In this document: piece by piece, positions 62,805-64,000 of the stretch
Numbering within the stretch: the first letter of the stretch is position 1
Layout: each line of letters opens with the position of its first letter
From: Nitrosopumilus sp.
GTDB taxonomy: Archaea; Thermoproteota; Nitrososphaeria; Nitrososphaerales; Nitrosopumilaceae
Length of the DNA stretch: 64,000 bases
Assembly (NCBI GenBank): GCA_965203315.1
Contig: CBDBCE010000004.1
Span: 1 to 64,000 of the forward strand
Reading direction: 5' to 3'
Notes under the pieces: model-generated
Told to the model about the DNA's origin: nothing
What the model saw: the letters and a program-made list of their open reading frames with translations, nothing else
Database searches by the model: none
Made by a program: the position numbers and the translations under genes

Positions 62805-63059
62805 TTACTTTGTCTTTCTAGAACCTGTTCCTCGACTAGAACTTATTCTTCCTTTATACTCTGGTCTAGTTTTTGGCTCTGGTGTGTCACTCAACTTTCT
62901 AGAACCTGTTCCTCGACTAGACGTTACAGTTCTCTTACCTGCTACTTTTTTGCGCGCCTCTTGGATTTTTTTAAATTCTTCACCTGACCACTTTGTAGCA
63001 TCGTCATCAACTTCGATAGTTCCTGTGCCTCTTCCAGTTCTGATCTTTATCTTACCCAT
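62805..63059 (-). CDS. Small basic hypothetical protein with repeated SSRGTGSRK
   Basis: ATG ORF with TATA-like upstream sequence; 27-bp direct repeat at 62814-62840 and 62895-62921. Confidence 0.55.
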   Translation of the reverse strand: MGKIKIRTGRGTGTIEVDDDATKWSGEEFKKIQEARKKVAGKRTVTSSRGTGSRKLSDTPEPKTRPEYKGRISSSRGTGSRKTK

Positions 63060-63715
63060 TGGATATATTGTAGAATGTCTTGTATTTATCTAAGCTTGTT
63101 TGGCTATTTTTTATGATATTGTCGAGAGATATTATCGATGATCAAACAATAGATGTATCTTGTAATCTACTAAAACCAAACAATGTCTTCTAACGCATAT
63201 CTATTTTACATGTACATAAGTTTTGCAACGTATCATATTATCGTGAATGATGAGAGATGTTTACATGATCACGCTTTAGTAAACCGATACCTCGTGAAGA
63301 GATCTGTTGAATGTATCTAAATCTCACTAGTTGTCAATACTAGTTGAATGATCACAAAACTGGTTTTGCAATATATGGATTAAATTAACAACCGTCTCTA
63401 CCTATCTTGTGAAAAGTATTCTCTATATTGCCCCTGTGGTCGCTTTTGCGTTGATACTAGTTAATGCATTCTTTGGACATCTGCTATATGGCTCTCCATA
63501 CGACCAAGACATCAACAAGTATTCGATATATGGAGTTCATGCGAAAGTCATTTTCAGGCACATATGATGTGTGATGGGTCAAATCTGACTAAATTCTCCG
63601 AGTTATTGCGGGTTTCGTGTATCTGAGGAGTAAAAAATTAACCAAAAATAGAATACGCAACAAGACAATTTTTTAAGACACTCTATGGTAAATACCAATT
63701 TGAATAAACAAGAGT

Positions 63716-64000
63716 ATGGCTAATTCGAGCGAGGAACTGGTGCTTGAACAACGACTCAAAGCAGCAGAAGAACGTGCAGATATAGCAGAAGAACAGCTCA
63801 AAGCAGCAAAAAAAGAACTCGAGCTCCCTCCATGCAAGAATATTCTTAGCAATGAAAAGACTCTATGGGAGCATACAAAGCTGGATTTTGACATGTTTAA
63901 CTTTTTGCTCGGCCTGTTTATAGAATGGATACCGGCAGCAGATGTTCACAGACAGTTTCGTAATGTTCTCATAGTACGTGGAAGAATATCCAAACTAACT
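63716..64000 (+). CDS. Partial ORF, probable IS5/ISL2-like transposase N-terminus
   Basis: Open to the window end; coiled coil, then HTKLDFDMFNFL...RGRISKLT resembles the lead-in to HTH_Tnp_4. Confidence 0.45.
   Translation, partial: MANSSEELVLEQRLKAAEERADIAEEQLKAAKKELELPPCKNILSNEKTLWEHTKLDFDMFNFLLGLFIEWIPAADVHRQFRNVLIVRGRISKLT

Overview
Archaeal window that looks like Nitrososphaerota/Nitrosopumilaceae (nuoABCDHIJKMLN gene order, CDC48, EF-1beta, PurP, ABCE1, blue-copper protein, transketolase-Rpe fusion, tRNA with a BHB intron, 5S rRNA); the many IS remnants suggest a host-associated lineage, which is inference only. The main result is three paralogous ~1620-aa S-layer (SlaA-like) genes, each inside a ~5.2-kb cassette bounded by inverted copies of a 28-bp pseudo-palindromic site (AAA[C/T]T[A/C]TTGAT-N6-ATCAATAACAT) that overlaps the start codon. 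Each cassette has a conserved promoter (palindrome TGAACAAATTGTTCA plus TTAAATA box) fixed outside its left end. In loci 2 (36.3 kb) and 3 (50.3 kb) the gene faces the promoter (ON). In locus 1 (12.6-17.8 kb) the whole gene is flipped away from it (OFF), while the flanks remain in the same order. This points to S-layer phase/antigenic variation by whole-gene DNA inversion in an archaeon, with the recombinase encoded outside the window. Other notable items are mosaic shuffling between the S-layer paralogs; a 6.2-kb island splitting nuoB from nuoC (DUF3800 gene with a putative structured RNA, an intact IS66-family element, a secreted repeat protein); a dispersed ~110-bp MITE-like family; an IS1595-derived MITE; and an unannotated C2H2 zinc-finger microprotein.
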